Shown: positions 27,948 through 41,365 of the stretch, in pieces
How positions within the stretch are numbered: position 1 is the stretch's first letter
Layout of the letters: each line of letters opens with the position of its first letter
Assembly: GCF_009914755.1 (NCBI RefSeq)
Contig: NC_060933.1
DNA from: the human T2T-CHM13v2.0 reference genome, Homo sapiens
Length of the DNA: 64,000 nucleotides
Direction: 5' to 3' (one strand)
Made by a program: the position numbers and the translations under genes
The notes under the pieces: generated by a model
Seen by the model: only the letters and a program-made list of their open reading frames with translations
Database searches by the model: none
What the model was told of the DNA's origin: nothing

Positions 27948-28151
27948 TGTGTGTGTGTGTGCATGTGAGCCTGTGTGTGTATGTGTGTCTGTGTCTGTCT
28001 CTGTATGCATGTGTGTGCATGTGCTCATGTGTTCCTGTGTATGTGTCTGTATGGGATGTGTGTGCCTGTGTGTGTGTGCCTCTGTGTGTGTGCATGTGTG
28101 CCTGTGTATGTGTGTCTGTGTGTGTGCATGTGTGTGTGAATGTGTGTATGT
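27948..28151. repeat. Degenerate (TG)n simple repeat
   Basis: About 200 bp of interrupted TG. Confidence 0.95.
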
Positions 28152-29234
28152 AAGAGTTGTCTTTGCCCTCACAAAGTGGGCTGGACTTGAGACCTCTGTG
28201 CGTTGTTTCTGCAGAACCAGCAAGGAGCAGGAGCAGGAGGAAGTGCCAACTGGTGCCTAATTGATAGGAAAGTGGGCTTAAAGGTCAGGTTACCCTGCTC
28301 CAGCTTCTTTGGAGGTCCAGGTGACTTCCCCGGTGAGTGAGGTGGAGTGGGGCAGGGCGGGGTGGGTGAGCCCACTGCTCTGCAGAGCTTTTGTGCTAGT
28401 GTCAGGTCACACCTGCATCCCCTGTGACCAGAACCGCTTATGTAGTAGTGTGTGTGCTTTGAAGTGTCCAGATCTCCCGGGTTTCAGGGAGGAGAACCTG
28501 GAATCTGGTGAGTAGCTGAGGCCTCACTGACTGCACCCCAGGGATCTGGTAGGATCTGAATTCAGGGCCTGGCTGTCCTGGGACTGCTTCATCTGAAGGG
28601 GCATTTGCCTGCTGGGGAAGATGCAGGTTGTGGGGCTTAATACTCCTCTCAGGGAACTAGGTCGGACTTTTTTCCCTATTAGAATACTTACTTTTTTAGG
28701 ATCATGTGCAGGTTTATTTTGTATGGGGGTCTGGAGGGGTTCTGCCCACCAGGCCAAGACCAAATCCCAGGTCATATCCCCTCCCAAGCATACTTACCTT
28801 CCTCCCCTCAAAAAAACACAGAATGTTTAAGAGGGAAAATCTGTGGACTGGGAGTCAGTCAGGTGAGCGAGAGGCCAAAGGGTAAGCAGTGCGTGCAGCT
28901 TTGGGGGACCCCGTTTCTGTTTGATGTGGCTCGGGGAGCAGGGCTGCCAGGCCCAGGGAAGGGAGCAGGCTGCCTGGGATGCCCTCGGCAATAGGACACC
29001 TGGTACTGGGAGGGGCTGCAATGGCTGCTCCCAGCCCAGGCCCCAGGCAGTGTCAAGCTTCCCATCTGGTCCCTTGAGCTTCCGCACAGGCTGAGAGCAG
29101 GCTGGGAGCAGGTGTGACCAGGGAGGAAGGCCCAGAACTCCCTCTACTCTTTGCTACCCTGGAACAGTTGCCCGGGGGACTGGAAGCTCTTCTTAAGCAG
29201 CTGGAGTGCGGTTGGTGACGCCTTTAGGTCAGAC

Positions 29235-29403
29235 CAGTGGTTCCCAAATTGTGGGCCCTGGGCCAGGAGCATCGACCTCCATGGAAATGGTTGGAAATTT
29301 GGAGTCAGGGGTCTCACCTTGACCTGGGCTGAGCAGAAGCTGGTGGGATGTGTCCTTTAACAGCCCTCCAGGACCTGGAGGGAGCTACAGTTTGAGCACC
29401 ACC
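29235..29403. mobile_element. MER5-type DNA transposon
   Basis: cagtggttcccaaattgtgggccctgggccaggagcatc..ttaacagccctccagg..agtttgagcaccac. Confidence 0.7.
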
Positions 29404-31054
29404 AAGGTTTGACATCAGGGGTAGGAGGATTTGGATGGAGCACCCCTCTGCCAACTGATGAGCTGAGTGGGTATGGGGAGCTCAGCTGCCCCCAGCCTGC
29501 TGGTTCCCAGCCCCCCTGGACTCTCCCTCCCTACCGGGACCAGCATCTCCTGACAGGGCCCGAGGGACTCAGCCTGGTAGTCCAGTTACAGAAAACAATT
29601 CCCTTCTCCTCCAGCCTCCTGGCCACAGTCCTCAGACCTCACCAGTCACAAAACTGAGACTGGGATATGGGGCATACTCCCAAGAGGCCAGCCACAAGCA
29701 GAAATCTTTTATTTTCTTGAAGTTTTGTTCATCTTCAAAATGTGGGCACATTTTCAGCACTCTAGTCCATAATGCAGGCCTGTTTGTTTTCTTATGAAAA
29801 TAAGTCAGTTTGCCATGAGGCACGCTTATCCATGTGGCATCAGGAGGGCAGCACCCTCTCGGCCAAGCTGACGTCACTGTCCTGGCCTCTGTGGAGGGCC
29901 CCCCTTTCTGTCCCGGGGGTGGCATCAGCACCAACTGGTGTCACCGTGCTATGCACTGAGCTGCTACAGGGAGCAGGTCCCTTCCAAACACTCTTGAATT
30001 TAATTCAGTTCTTAAAGCCACCTGTAAGGTCTTCCCATTTGCAAGGACACGCGGCAGAGTGCAGGTGAAGACACGTGTCTGGGATGGCAGCAAATGACTC
30101 GGGATTGGCCAAGGGACTGAGTTCAGTGCAGAGGTTGCCAGGCAGAGGGCTTCAGCTGACCCAGTCCAGGGGTTTTCAAGGGAACGTCCTGGGAAGAGCA
30201 GCAGTTTCACTCCAGAATTTGCCAAAATTTTAGACCTTCAGTCTCCCTTGCCCCCAACTCAACTGGAGACTCCTGGGCAGGGCTCATAATTCATGTGGGA
30301 ATAGACCTTCTTGGGGGTTTAGATGCCCTCTCCTGTTTGAGAACTGCCGCCTTCACCAGAACCTCAATGTTTGCCCCAGTGGATGTCAACCTGCAGGCCT
30401 GTGGGGAGGGACCCAGGCACAGTGCAGGATCCCCCTTCCTTTCCCCAGGAGCAGCGCTGTGAGGGTCAGGGAAGGCCTCTGGATTCACCCAGAAATGGCT
30501 CGTTAAAGCAGCGTGGACCCCTTCCACCCAGGAGCTCATTGTCAGGACTGCCTCTCTCCCCGGCATCTAGAATCCTGTCTCAGAGGTTTTGGGGGAGCCC
30601 AAACTAAGATATATATGTAAAGCAGAAGTTTCTGCATACTTCTATAATTCTATGATAGGCTTGTAGCATTTACAGTTACAAAAGCAAACACTTCTACAAG
30701 TTAATAGCAAACAGACCTTAAAACCAAAGAAAGTCAAATCAGCAGCATTAATTGATTGTGACAGATGAGTCATATGTAGGCACTCGGTGTCAGCTGCAGA
30801 GAGGCCGCAGTCCCACTGTGTGCTTGGGTGTCTTGAGCTGGCAGGGCCGGACCTCGGCTTTGAACCCTGGGGAAGATGCATTCCCTCCACTAATCAGCAG
30901 TGTCCTTTGGCTTGAGCACTGACCTTTGCCTCTGAGTGATCCTATCGACTGTGACCCCGAGTCATGCTCTCAGGTCACGGACAGTGCCCAGGGCTGCTTA
31001 CTTACATCACATGATCCAAAATGGGCTTTTTACATTTTTTTCTTTTTAGTTAAA

Positions 31055-31925
31055 AAAATTGTGGTAAAATGCATATAACCTAAAATTTGCCATTGTAAGT
31101 ATTTTCAAGTGCACAGCTAGCTCAGTGGCATTCATTTCATTCACACTGTTGTGCTACCATCACCACCCACCATGTCCAGAACTTTCTCATCTTCCAAAAC
31201 TAAAACTCCTTACTCATTAGGCAACAGAGCCCCATTACCCTCCTCGAGCTCCTGGCAACCACCATTTTACTTTCTGGCTCATGAATGTGACTACTTTACG
31301 TTCCTCACAGGAGTGGAATCACACAGTATTTGTCCTCTTGGTGACTGGCTTATTTCACTTGGCATAAGTCCTCAAGCTTCAGTCCCATAGCCTATCACAG
31401 GATTTTTTTTTTCCTTTTTAAGGCAGAACAATATTTCATTGCATGGATGTACCACATTTAGTTTCTCCACCCATCCCTCAATGGGCACTTGAGTTGTTTC
31501 CATATCCATTTTTTTTTAGACAGAATCTCACACTGTCACCCAGGCTGGAGTGCAGTGGCATGATATCGGCTCAGTGCAACCTCCACCTCCTGGGTTCAAG
31601 TGATTCTCCTGCCTCAGTCTCCTGAGTAGCTGGGACTACAGGCATGCACCACCATACCTGGCTAATTTTTGTATTTTTAGTAGAGACGGGGTTTCGCCAC
31701 CTTGGCCAGGTGGGTCTCAAACTCCCGACCTCAGGTTATTCACCTGCCTGGGCCTCCCAAAGTGCTGGGATTACAGGCGTAAGCCACCATGCCCGGCCTT
31801 GTTTCCACATCTTGGCTATTGTGATTAATGCTTCTACGCACATGGGTGTACAAATATGTGTCTGAGTCCCTGCTTTCACTTCTTCTGGGCATGCGCCGAG
31901 GAGTTGAATTGCTGGATCATGTGGT
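31055..31925 (-). mobile_element. L1MB-type 3' end split by Alu
   Basis: ttgtggtaaaatgcatataacctaaaatttgcc; gtgactggcttatttcacttggcata; resumes after the Alu. Confidence 0.85.
31509..31798 (-). mobile_element. AluSx-type, full length
   Basis: TSD ttgtttccatatc / ttgtttccacatc. Confidence 0.96.
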
Positions 31926-32093
31926 TACAGAGTGTGCTTTTAGTAATTTTTAAAAAGATTACCATAGGAAAGCAAATAAAAATGAATGCTCTGATCTGGA
32001 GAGGTCTTCACAAAGAACAGCAGGTGCCTGTGGGTTTTTGTGAAGATCTCTCCAGATCAGAGCATTCATGGACATCGACAGGAGAAACCCATT

Positions 32094-32260
32094 TGTCCTA
32101 GTTTGGGTTTTCCACAGAAGCAGACCCAGGGCTGTGACTTGGGTGCAGGGAGGTTATTTGGGATGTGACCCCGAAAAGGACTGTGAGCCGTGGTGGAAGG
32201 AGGCTCCTAGGGAAGGCCACGTGGACTGGGCGTGGCACCCACAGTCCCAGTTACACCACT
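32094..32260. mobile_element. Ancient MaLR/ERVL LTR fragment
   Basis: tgtcctagtttgggttttccacagaagcagaccc..ttatttgggatgtgacccc. Confidence 0.5.
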
Positions 32261-34300
32261 GGGCTCCGTCCTGGCTCTGCTCCTGCTCCCGGTGACCTTG
32301 GGCAGTGGCACGCTAAGGGCAGGGTGGAGTAGGGGCGTGGTCTCCTCCTCTCCTCCTCCCTGTGGGCAGTGAGGGTGCTCATTGTCTTTAGAGAATCCCA
32401 AAACAAAAATAAGGCCAACCAGTTTGTCTTCTGTCTTCTGTTTATCGTCACCATGCACCAGGGATTCTGAGTGATGCCAGTGATAAAATACTTCTCCCTG
32501 GAAAAACATTTGTGTTCCAAACAATGGCTCCAGTGGTTACTGTTGAATTGTAATAATATATAGGTAAGCCTCAAACTGGCACCTTATTCTACCTACACTT
32601 TAATAAATGTATTCTGCAGGGAAGTAAATTTGAAGAACTCCCAGTTGTACAGTTGGTCAGACACACGAGTTTGTTTCCAGTGGGAGTTAATAACAGCCTA
32701 GGACCCTCTCAGTTCATTGCAGGTATGGCCTGCGATTCCCCTCCCCACACCGCCCTGGGGTCATACACGTCCCTGGTGTCCCTGTGTTTAACATTTGTTT
32801 TGAACAAACAATGATAACAGTGGTTATTGAGGCAGAGAAACAGCTCGAGTTTCTGCGGTTCTGTCCCATGGACACTTGAGCTGATGGCAGGCAAACTCTC
32901 AGTGGGGGGATATTTTTGTGTGGTAAGTGTCAGTTTCAGTCCATGCATGAAATGCATTTGTTTCATTTCATAATGACTTTGGACATTTTTATCATAACGG
33001 ACAGAGTTTGTAAACAGGTTCTGCTCTCTTGCGTGCCCATATCCTCACCTGTGAAATGGGCTAATGGCATCCTCCCTCCCAGGCTAGGCATCCAGGAAGT
33101 CTCCACCTGGAGGCTGAACTCAGAGCCCTGAGCACAGGAAGGCCGTGGCTACAGCTCTTGCTGTGATTATTGTTGTTATTATGCCTCAGGGAGGAGAAGC
33201 CTGGCCTGCCTTTGGGGGCATTGGCAGTTGAGCCTGGAGTCTGACCCTGAAGGATGACAAGGAGCTTGTCCCAGAGGAGGGGACCAAGTGGGCAGCATTT
33301 TATGGCTATGATATCCTCAGAACTACGTACCCTGAAGGTGGTGTTTTGCCCATGATCTAACCTAGGTGTTTCATTTTTGGGAGAATAAACCTGTTCCTTC
33401 AACAATATTTACTGAAATTTAGCCATGAGCAAATTGTCCTGGTCATTGTGCCCGAAATAAATGTAACTTGTATGTTGAGTAAATTGTAATGAAGATACAA
33501 TTTTGCATTTTGTCCACAGCCATTTAAACTTTCTTCAGGAGGGGAGGAGGTGGCTCTCCTGCAGGAATGAAGAGCAGTGGGCCCCTTGAGCCGTCTTTTC
33601 CCTCTTAGGTTATGAACAGTCCTCGGTCACTTTCAGCCGCAAGAACAGTTCATATTTATTTTCAGGGTGGAAGTCAGGAGTGGGAATCTGGGCGGGGACC
33701 ACTTTTTCTATTTTTTTCTCATGGGCTCCTCTTCATCCTCCCCAGCCCCCAAGTTTTCTGGAGAGTTCAGGGTGGTTGAAGGGAGCAAATGCACGGGAAA
33801 CATAAGTCTTCCTTGAACTGGTGCTGCTGTGAGGAGGCCAAGTGCTCACAGGGCTTTGGTGGTGTCTGCAGTCCCCATCCAGCCTTTCTGGAGCTCTTCA
33901 AGGTGATGTGTCTTGATTCTGGTCCCTCGGGACCCCTCTATGGCCCCCGAGGTTCAGTTGACCTGTGGGATTGCAGGCCCTTCCATATAGGAACTGGAAG
34001 ATAGCTCCTCTGGCTCTCGCCCTACACATTTCCCTGGTGGGAGGTGAGGGGCATCCTTAGACCCCTGGCCACCAGGTCCTCACGCTGTAAGGGACATGTG
34101 TCATGTTCCCAGGGTGGTCTCATGGAGGCCCCCATCCCTCTCGGCCTGGGGTTGGGCAGTGTCACCTTCTGCCATGGGGGCTGGGCTGAAGCGATCCTGA
34201 CCAAATCCTTAGGTGCTCAGAGTGATGGCTGTGAGCAGCTCCACCCCGTTTCTTTTGAGTGCTCTTCTGACCCAGGTGTTTCACAGCTATTGTCTTTTAA

Positions 34301-34482
34301 GGCGTGAATTGGACACTTAGGTCTTCACATCCTATTGTTTTCAGAGGGAGACAGGACTGTATGCAAAGGCACATGATCCAGGGTGGACAGTGGCGTGAAT
34401 TGGACACTTAGGTCTTGACATCCTATTGTTTTCAGAGGGAGACAGGACTGTATGCAAAGGCACATGATCCAGGGTGGACAGT
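34301..34482. repeat. 91-bp tandem duplication (2 copies, 1 mismatch)
   Basis: 34301-34391 versus 34392-34482. Confidence 0.98.
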
Positions 34483-37299
34483 GGCCTGAAGCAGTACGGA
34501 CAATGACGGGGGAGACTCTCCCAGCTGGGGCCAAGGGAATCCTGGCAGGCCTTGGAGGTGGACATAGTGTGACCTCCCATGGTGCGTGAGGAGGGATTGC
34601 TGGGTCGCCATGCAAGAACTGAGAACCATCGAGGAGTGCGCGGGCCCAGGGCCTGCCCCTGTGGCCTTGTTGGCTCCTGCTGGGGTCACTGCAGATGGTG
34701 ACAGCGTCTCACACAAAGTGACCTCACACTGAGTGCAGTGGGTCAGGAGACAGTCTTGTCTTACTCTGCGCCAGTTCTGAGCCACACGTTTCTAATAGAG
34801 TGACGGCATATGACCACACTTTTCTGTCGTTTAGAAGTTTCCAGAATATTCTGAGCTTCTGAAAGTTCACATAAACATACAGTGTTCTGTTTTTATTGTA
34901 AGAGTAAAATAGGATGGCCATTTTCATATGTGGACACCCCAAGGCATATCGGATCTGACTTCTACAATTTTAATGAAGTGAAACATTTCGGAAAACAAAC
35001 AATAAAAACTTTACCCTTGTTCTCTTCCCTTTTCTCTTATTCATTTATTTATTTATTTATTTATTTAAGGAAATGGCTTTGAAGTATCTGAGAGCCTTGA
35101 GGTGGGAAGCGGGTGGAATTCCTGTGTCTGGAGCAGTAGGTTTCTGGGTGGAGTGCAGATGGATTCAGGCACTGGTAACAATAGCAACAAATGTAGCAGA
35201 GCCCTCCCTTTGATGTGCCAAGATTAAACAACATGTCAAGTGCGGGCTGTGAGCTTGACTGAAATGTGATAATAGGGAAGCCTGATACCTTTGGGGCCAA
35301 AGCCCTATAAAGATAAAAATCAGATTATTAATGACAGTTTCCAGTTTTTTTTTTTAAGTCTTAAGATGTGTTTGTTCAGCAGGCCATGTGCAGACACCCC
35401 TGCCAGCAAACACGTGTGCACCACATGCTTGCAAACGGGCAAGTCTTCTCTGTTGTTTGCAGAGCAAATGCTGCTTATGCAGATGGGCCCCCAAAGGTCC
35501 ATACACGTGTCATGCCTGGTAAGGGGTTCAGCGTGAAACCAGGGTCAGCTCCTCTGGGCCTCTGGAGTTTTTATGTACATTCTGCACGGTGTTTCCCCAG
35601 CTGGTATCAGGAACCCAGATGCTGAGGTCCAAGTCTGGTTTCATCTCCTGATACGGAGGCTGCAGAGGGGAAAGTTGTCTGTCCCTGCCTTAGTGGAAAA
35701 AGCGCTGCAGAATCCTCAGCTCACCATTTTGCATTTGGGTGGGAGGCTGGTTAAAGAGGCTGCACCAGCTGGCAGGCTTATCTATGGAAGGAATGGGGGC
35801 CTGAGATTTGAGAGCTCCTTGAAGAGGTTCTTCTGGCTCCAGCTGGATGTGTGACTAGGGACAGAACTCTTTGTGTGTGGGCATTTGGTTTCCTCAGCTG
35901 TAATTGGAGATGGCCCGTTTGACAACTGTGGTCCTCTGCAACTGTAATCTCTGGTGTCAGTCATTAACACCTCAGTGCAAAGCAGCCCATCACATCACTT
36001 TCTAGGGCTGGGACTTGGGACTGCTACTCAGAAGTTAAGGAGGGCTGGAAAGGGAAGTTTCCACATGGAAGGATCTGCCTGAGCTGGCGGTTTCGGTGGA
36101 GCCCTGGCCAGGCCACAGTAGGGTGCTGGGGGCTTGGCTGGAAAGTGGGTGTGAGGGACAGGAGAGATGCTGGGAAGGAAAGTGCAGGTGTGTGGTGTGA
36201 GGGAGGCAGGCTCCAGGTATCAGGCCTGCCAGAGGATCTCACAAGGATCTTCCTCTAGGGTGCTAACTCCTCTGAGCAACCCCAAGGTCTCTGGGACATG
36301 CAGGCCCTGTCTCTAGTCGTCTGAGATTTAAAAGGCTGGCGTGTCCTGAATCAGGATTCGAATCTCAGCCTCCTGACTAGAGGCCAGGTCTTGTGACTGC
36401 AGGGCAATTATTTTGTTATTTGGATTAATCCCACGGCAAAACCCACCACAAGCGTTGACCTTTCTCATGCTTGGCCCTATGGAAAGGCAGCCCAGCCAGA
36501 TAAGGAGTTTGTGAACTCCTGAAAAATGTTTTCACTCAGATGAGATCAGCAGGCCTTTGGAAGTACCTTCTCAGAGGTCAGGGCCTAGGGCACTAGCCGC
36601 AGGGTGGCTCTGAGAATCGGTGGAGGGAATGCTGGGGTGGCGTCAGCAGGTCCAGCTTCAAATCCCACTCCCAGCGCTCACCAATCTCCACTCCTCCGCA
36701 TTTCTTTGATTGGCAGTGGTGGAGGACAAGGGTCCCCCCTCCTCTGGATCTTCTGTGTGAAAGCATGGTGCCTCCTTTCTGGCACAGAAGTGATCAAACG
36801 GCTACCTACCCCTCATCCTCCCATTATTGTGCAGTGTACGTGTGGGCTCCCTGAAAAGCATGGAGCAGAGGTGTAGACGTTTGATTAAGTGCTTCCTAAG
36901 CTTGATGGTCGAGCCTTGTTTCAGCTGCTGAATTTGCTGTGTGCAGCCTGGCATTGTTCTCAGGAGGGTCTTTCATATGTGTCTGAGGACATAAGGACAG
37001 ATGAGAAGCAGGCCAGGGGAGAAGTGATCTCTGCCTCCCCACCTCACACCCACATGGCACAGGAGGACAGGGTTGACTGCATCGGTGTCCCTGTGGGAAG
37101 GTGAGTGGGGAATGAAGTACCACTCGCTCGGCAATGACTCATTATCATCTGAAGAAAAGTGCCTGGGGGTTGGAGGTCAGGAAATGTCTGTCATTTGCTT
37201 CCTCTAGGTTTGATTTAACCTGATGAGAGTTAACCTGCTTATACATGCACAGGTTGTTTTTATCCCTGTGAAATCTCATGGTGGGTGAGAAAGGTAGGT

Positions 37300-37415
37300 C
37301 TAATGCCCGGGCCCCTCCATATTCCGGCTCCGTGGGTCTGATGGGACACCTGGGCTTGGGGATCTTTCAGAGCTGCCCAGGGAATTCTGGTGTGAGCAAA
37401 GCTTGAGAATCTCTG
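37300..37415. mobile_element. MER5A-like fragment
   Basis: gggtctgatgggacacctggg..agctgcccagggaattctggtgtgagcaaagcttgagaatctctg. Confidence 0.55.
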
Positions 37416-38131
37416 CTCCCAATCTTGATATTCTACATTATAAAGAAACAAATATCAACTGGTTTCTGCCAGGGACCTACCCTACGCCATCCCATCATTG
37501 TACTCTTCTGCGGCCATGGTCCTCAGGGATTTCAACCTGGCCAGGACCTGGGAGCCTTGAGAAGTCCAGTCGTTTTCAAAGGCCTGCGGGCCCCTGCAAT
37601 CCTGGGCTGAATTCTGGGCTTCTGGATTAGCTCTCAGACCCCATTCCTCTCACCCTTGCTTCCTAAGGAAGTTTTGCCCATTTTTTGGCCAACATTGAGA
37701 TCACATATTTGTACTTAGGCAAGTGACCTACTTGCATTTCACCATGAAGTCCGAATCCAACGATGGAAACTCAAGGCTTCCTTACTGCTTTCATTGTGCT
37801 ATGCTGACTTGTAGGTAGAGAACTTTATTCATCCAAAAGTCCAAAGGTGTGTTAGGATTGTTCCAAAACTCTGTGTGATATCTGTTTGTCCAGAAAAAAA
37901 GAAAAACCCACACAAAAAGAAAGTATAATTCATCCTTCAGCATGGAGACCCTTGACCAGATCTCAATCTAGCAAAATCCACACTGTCCCCTTGACAGATG
38001 CTTTCATGAAGAGTCAGCTATCACAGCCTCAGCCCCCATGACCACTCAGACCAGACTGGAGTGGAGGTGGTGCTGGCCCTGCTGCCCTCTGGTTGTTCAT
38101 GTTAAGTCTGCAGCCAGAGCTTTTTCTGTGT

Positions 38132-38200
38132 CAAAAAGTGTCTGCAAAATGACAGAGCCACCTTGTCGCAGTGGCTCTTTCATTTTGCAGACACTTTTTG
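38132..38200. other. Near-perfect inverted repeat (30-bp arms, 9-nt loop); pre-miRNA-like hairpin candidate
   Basis: caaaaagtgtctgcaaaatgacagagccac / gtggctctttcattttgcagacactttttg, 29/30 paired. Confidence 0.95.
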
Positions 38201-41189
38201 CCTTCTACAGATGCTGGTCATGCCTCAGTGGCAAGCAGGCAGAATTGCAGTCCAGAGCTGCCCCACAGAGTGTAGGGTGGGGGTGAGGTCAGATCTCAGC
38301 ACTATGAAGACCACTCTGTGTTTACCCCATTTTCCTCCCATATAGTTGCTACTCATCAGGTTATATTTTTGACTTGAGAAAATTGTGCCTGTGAATTTCT
38401 TTCAATATCCTCATCTTAAACAAAATGGACTTCCAAAGCACCAGTCTAACTGGGGCCATTTTGAATTCAGACATGGTCAAAAAATCTGTCAAATAATGCA
38501 CAAAATTCTATGTTTCTTGACTTTAAATCTCCACTCACCTGCCAAGGCCGCCCTAGAACATCTTAAAACAAGAAGTTGTTTCTTAGGGCCAGATCCATTT
38601 ATAACATCTGCAGACAGGGGAGAGAGACATCCTGATCCTATAGCCTCTTCCTTTTTCCTTCTCCCACGTGAGCCTGATGGGTTAGCCTCGTGACTAATAT
38701 TTGTTACAAATTCCCCACTTGCTCTTTAACCAGTGATAATGCACCAGCCTCCAATGGCAACAGATTGGGCACAGCATTACTTAATTGCTATCTCCTATTT
38801 TGGTTTAAAGTCTTCTGACTTCAACATTTAACAGTATTGGATATCAGCTGTGGAATATACCACCAAAGATAGACTATCTCGCAAAAATAATATGCCATGT
38901 ATTTCAAAATCATAGCATTTGCTGTCAGCTCATATTTCTGGCCAAATATGGAAAGAAAGATACCCTTTGCCAAAGCCGTTTTGGACCTTTGAACAAGGCA
39001 GCTCTCTGTAACAATCCTTGGTGAGAACATGTTCTTCTGTGAGACTGCATGCCACATTTCATATTTGCGTAGGACTCTCATCCCCGCGACTGCTGAAGCA
39101 CTTGGCATGGGTTCTCTCCAGTTTGCTCTGAGGTGGGAAGCTCAGCTAGGGTGGGTTTCCCATGAATGAGAGTTGGGAAAGCAGCTGTCTCAAAGCCAGA
39201 GTCGCGGACCTGGGGGAAGAAGGAAATAAGTGGCACTAGAATTAGAGACCAGGTCCTTTGTGTCCAATCCAGCAGCATTCTGCCTCTCTCTGGATGCCCT
39301 GAGTACATTTGTAGGTCTTCTGACTCCTGAGAATTAATGTGAGACTGGGTGGAATCAGGAATTAGCATCCACGCTTGATCGTAGAGCCTCGTCTGCAGGC
39401 CTGGGTGGTCACTACACATTTCTTTCCACTGGGCGATGCTGTGCTTTCTTTCAAAAGCTCATTAGAGATGCTCCCTCCCTTTGAAAGGCACAGAGATGTT
39501 TCATGTGCCATTTTCAATTTATCCAAGTTGCTACTCCAAAGAGGTGGAAATTACAAGAGGGTGTGCTTGTGAAACTGGAGGAGTCTCCCCGGCTGCAGCT
39601 CTGGGGACAGCATCTCACTGAGCTTGGGATGAAGTTGCTGGGCAGGACCAGACGATGGGATGCTGTTTTTCATTCTCGGTTTGGCTCTGCCTCTGAATGG
39701 TGGGGAGTACACCCTGTTCTGGGAGGAATAGGAAGGTCAATTTTAGTACTTTGATGTTGCTTTACAAAAGTGGAGGAAATCAAATACAGACTCCTGAAAT
39801 ATTAGCAACCCCAGGGTTTGTGTTGCATTTTCTAAGTTTTGGAAAAGATGATCCAGGAAGATGGGGGTCCTCCTTAAGCTGATGAATGTTACTCTGCTCT
39901 TCCCTTCTGCCTGCTTCTTACCACCCAGCATCTCCGCTGTCCTGAGGTTGGGCTGTCCTGGGAAGCTGTCTGCAGCTGGAGCTTTGAGTTGAGCTGGCTC
40001 CATGTGAGTGACGGAAACTCGGCTCTGGTTCCCTGGCCCAGGGCCCAGCTCCCCTTTCCCTCTCCCTGGGGCGCTGATGAAGTGAGGAGTGCGTGCATGA
40101 GCAGGCTGCTTGTGTGTCTGCTTACCTTGGCATCCAAAACACTCCAGCCCCATCTTCCCTGTGTGAAAATACTCACTACAAGCTTCTGCCTGTTTCCACT
40201 TTCAGTGCTTGCTCCCATCAACTTGCTTCTTCTTGGAAAGCTAGAATCCTGCAGCTGGATTGACCAGCACAAAGACCTTTGTGCTGGCTGAATAGCAAGG
40301 GACCTTCATGTGACTGGCAAGTGACTTGATTTCCCATGGGTTGCATCATGTTTTGGGGCACGAGGGAAGCATGGGACACTCCAAGGGGATTAGGTCCCTG
40401 GGGAAAAGTGCATACCGGTGGCTTTTGAGTCAATATTCTTTTAAGTTCGTGCCCAGTTTGCATCAGAGAAAAGGTTGTGCCCAAATGAAGATAGTCAGTG
40501 AACTTGTAGAATGTCACCAACCTGTCCAGGAGGTTGTACCCTCTAAGGCAGTCACAAGACTGCTGCGTGTTTGACATGATGGTTCAGGAAGGGGAGCCCC
40601 AACTGACCAGCATCAGGTTCTCTGTGGGTTGCTGAGTGGATGAAGCAATTAGGAGTAAGAGCACAGGAGCCTGGGGACAGGAAAGGCCACGCAGAAGCAC
40701 TTCCTAGATGCGGTGGATAGATGCGGGCTCTGCCCATACTGTGGCCATAGTTGAGCAATGCCATGTGGCTATAGGGGCTTTCTTAAATTATAAACAGGTC
40801 TAACTAATATGGCTATATCTTCTTTTCAGAAGGGGCCACGGGGCCCTAGCCTCAGTCTACATCAGGTGCTGTCCAGGTGATATAGCACCGAGGAAAGAGA
40901 GCTCAGTCGCACTCCTGGCTCCCTGGGGACCATGGTAGCTCCAAAGGCTCCCTGTGGCTGGAGAGCTGTCTGTCCTCACCCCTTGTACAGCAGCACTTTT
41001 GACCCCTGAACCCATTGCTTTCATTTCTCTATTCCATTCATTTCAGTGTCTGCCTTGGTGAATTTGGGGTCAGCTGCCAAAATGATTGGAAGAGAAGCCA
41101 GTTGTTTTCACTAGGAGACAAGCATTAAAGAATAGACATCGTCTTTATCAACAGTTATTGTTTCTTTATCTTTACACTGGGGCAAGCGG

Positions 41190-41365
41190 TTTTATAATTA
41201 TCCCTCTTAATCACACAACTGCCCTGTGCAGTAGGTATTCTTCTTAAACCCATTTAATGGATAAGCAAACTGAGACACAGAGAGATATGCAGCTCATTGG
41301 AGGTCTTTCTCACCACGAGTTCCTGGAAGAATCTGGATTACAATCTAGGTCACATTTCACGCATC
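41190..41365 (-). mobile_element. MIR fragment
   Basis: aactgccctgtgcagtaggtatt..cccatttaatggataagcaaactgagacacagagag. Confidence 0.75.

Noticed and set aside
34301-34482. Possible CRISPR-like or coding repeat
   Set aside because: Two adjacent units, no spacers, no cas genes, eukaryotic context
38942-38951. Perfect CArG box CCAAATATGG with a nearby CAGCTG E-box
   Set aside because: A few CC(A/T)6GG matches are expected by chance in 64 kb; no independent support
40120-40170. Minus-strand 33-nt mini-exon candidate and other isolated GTAAG donors (e.g. ~14175, ~28795, ~52185)
   Set aside because: Frequency compatible with chance; they do not assemble into a recognisable reading frame
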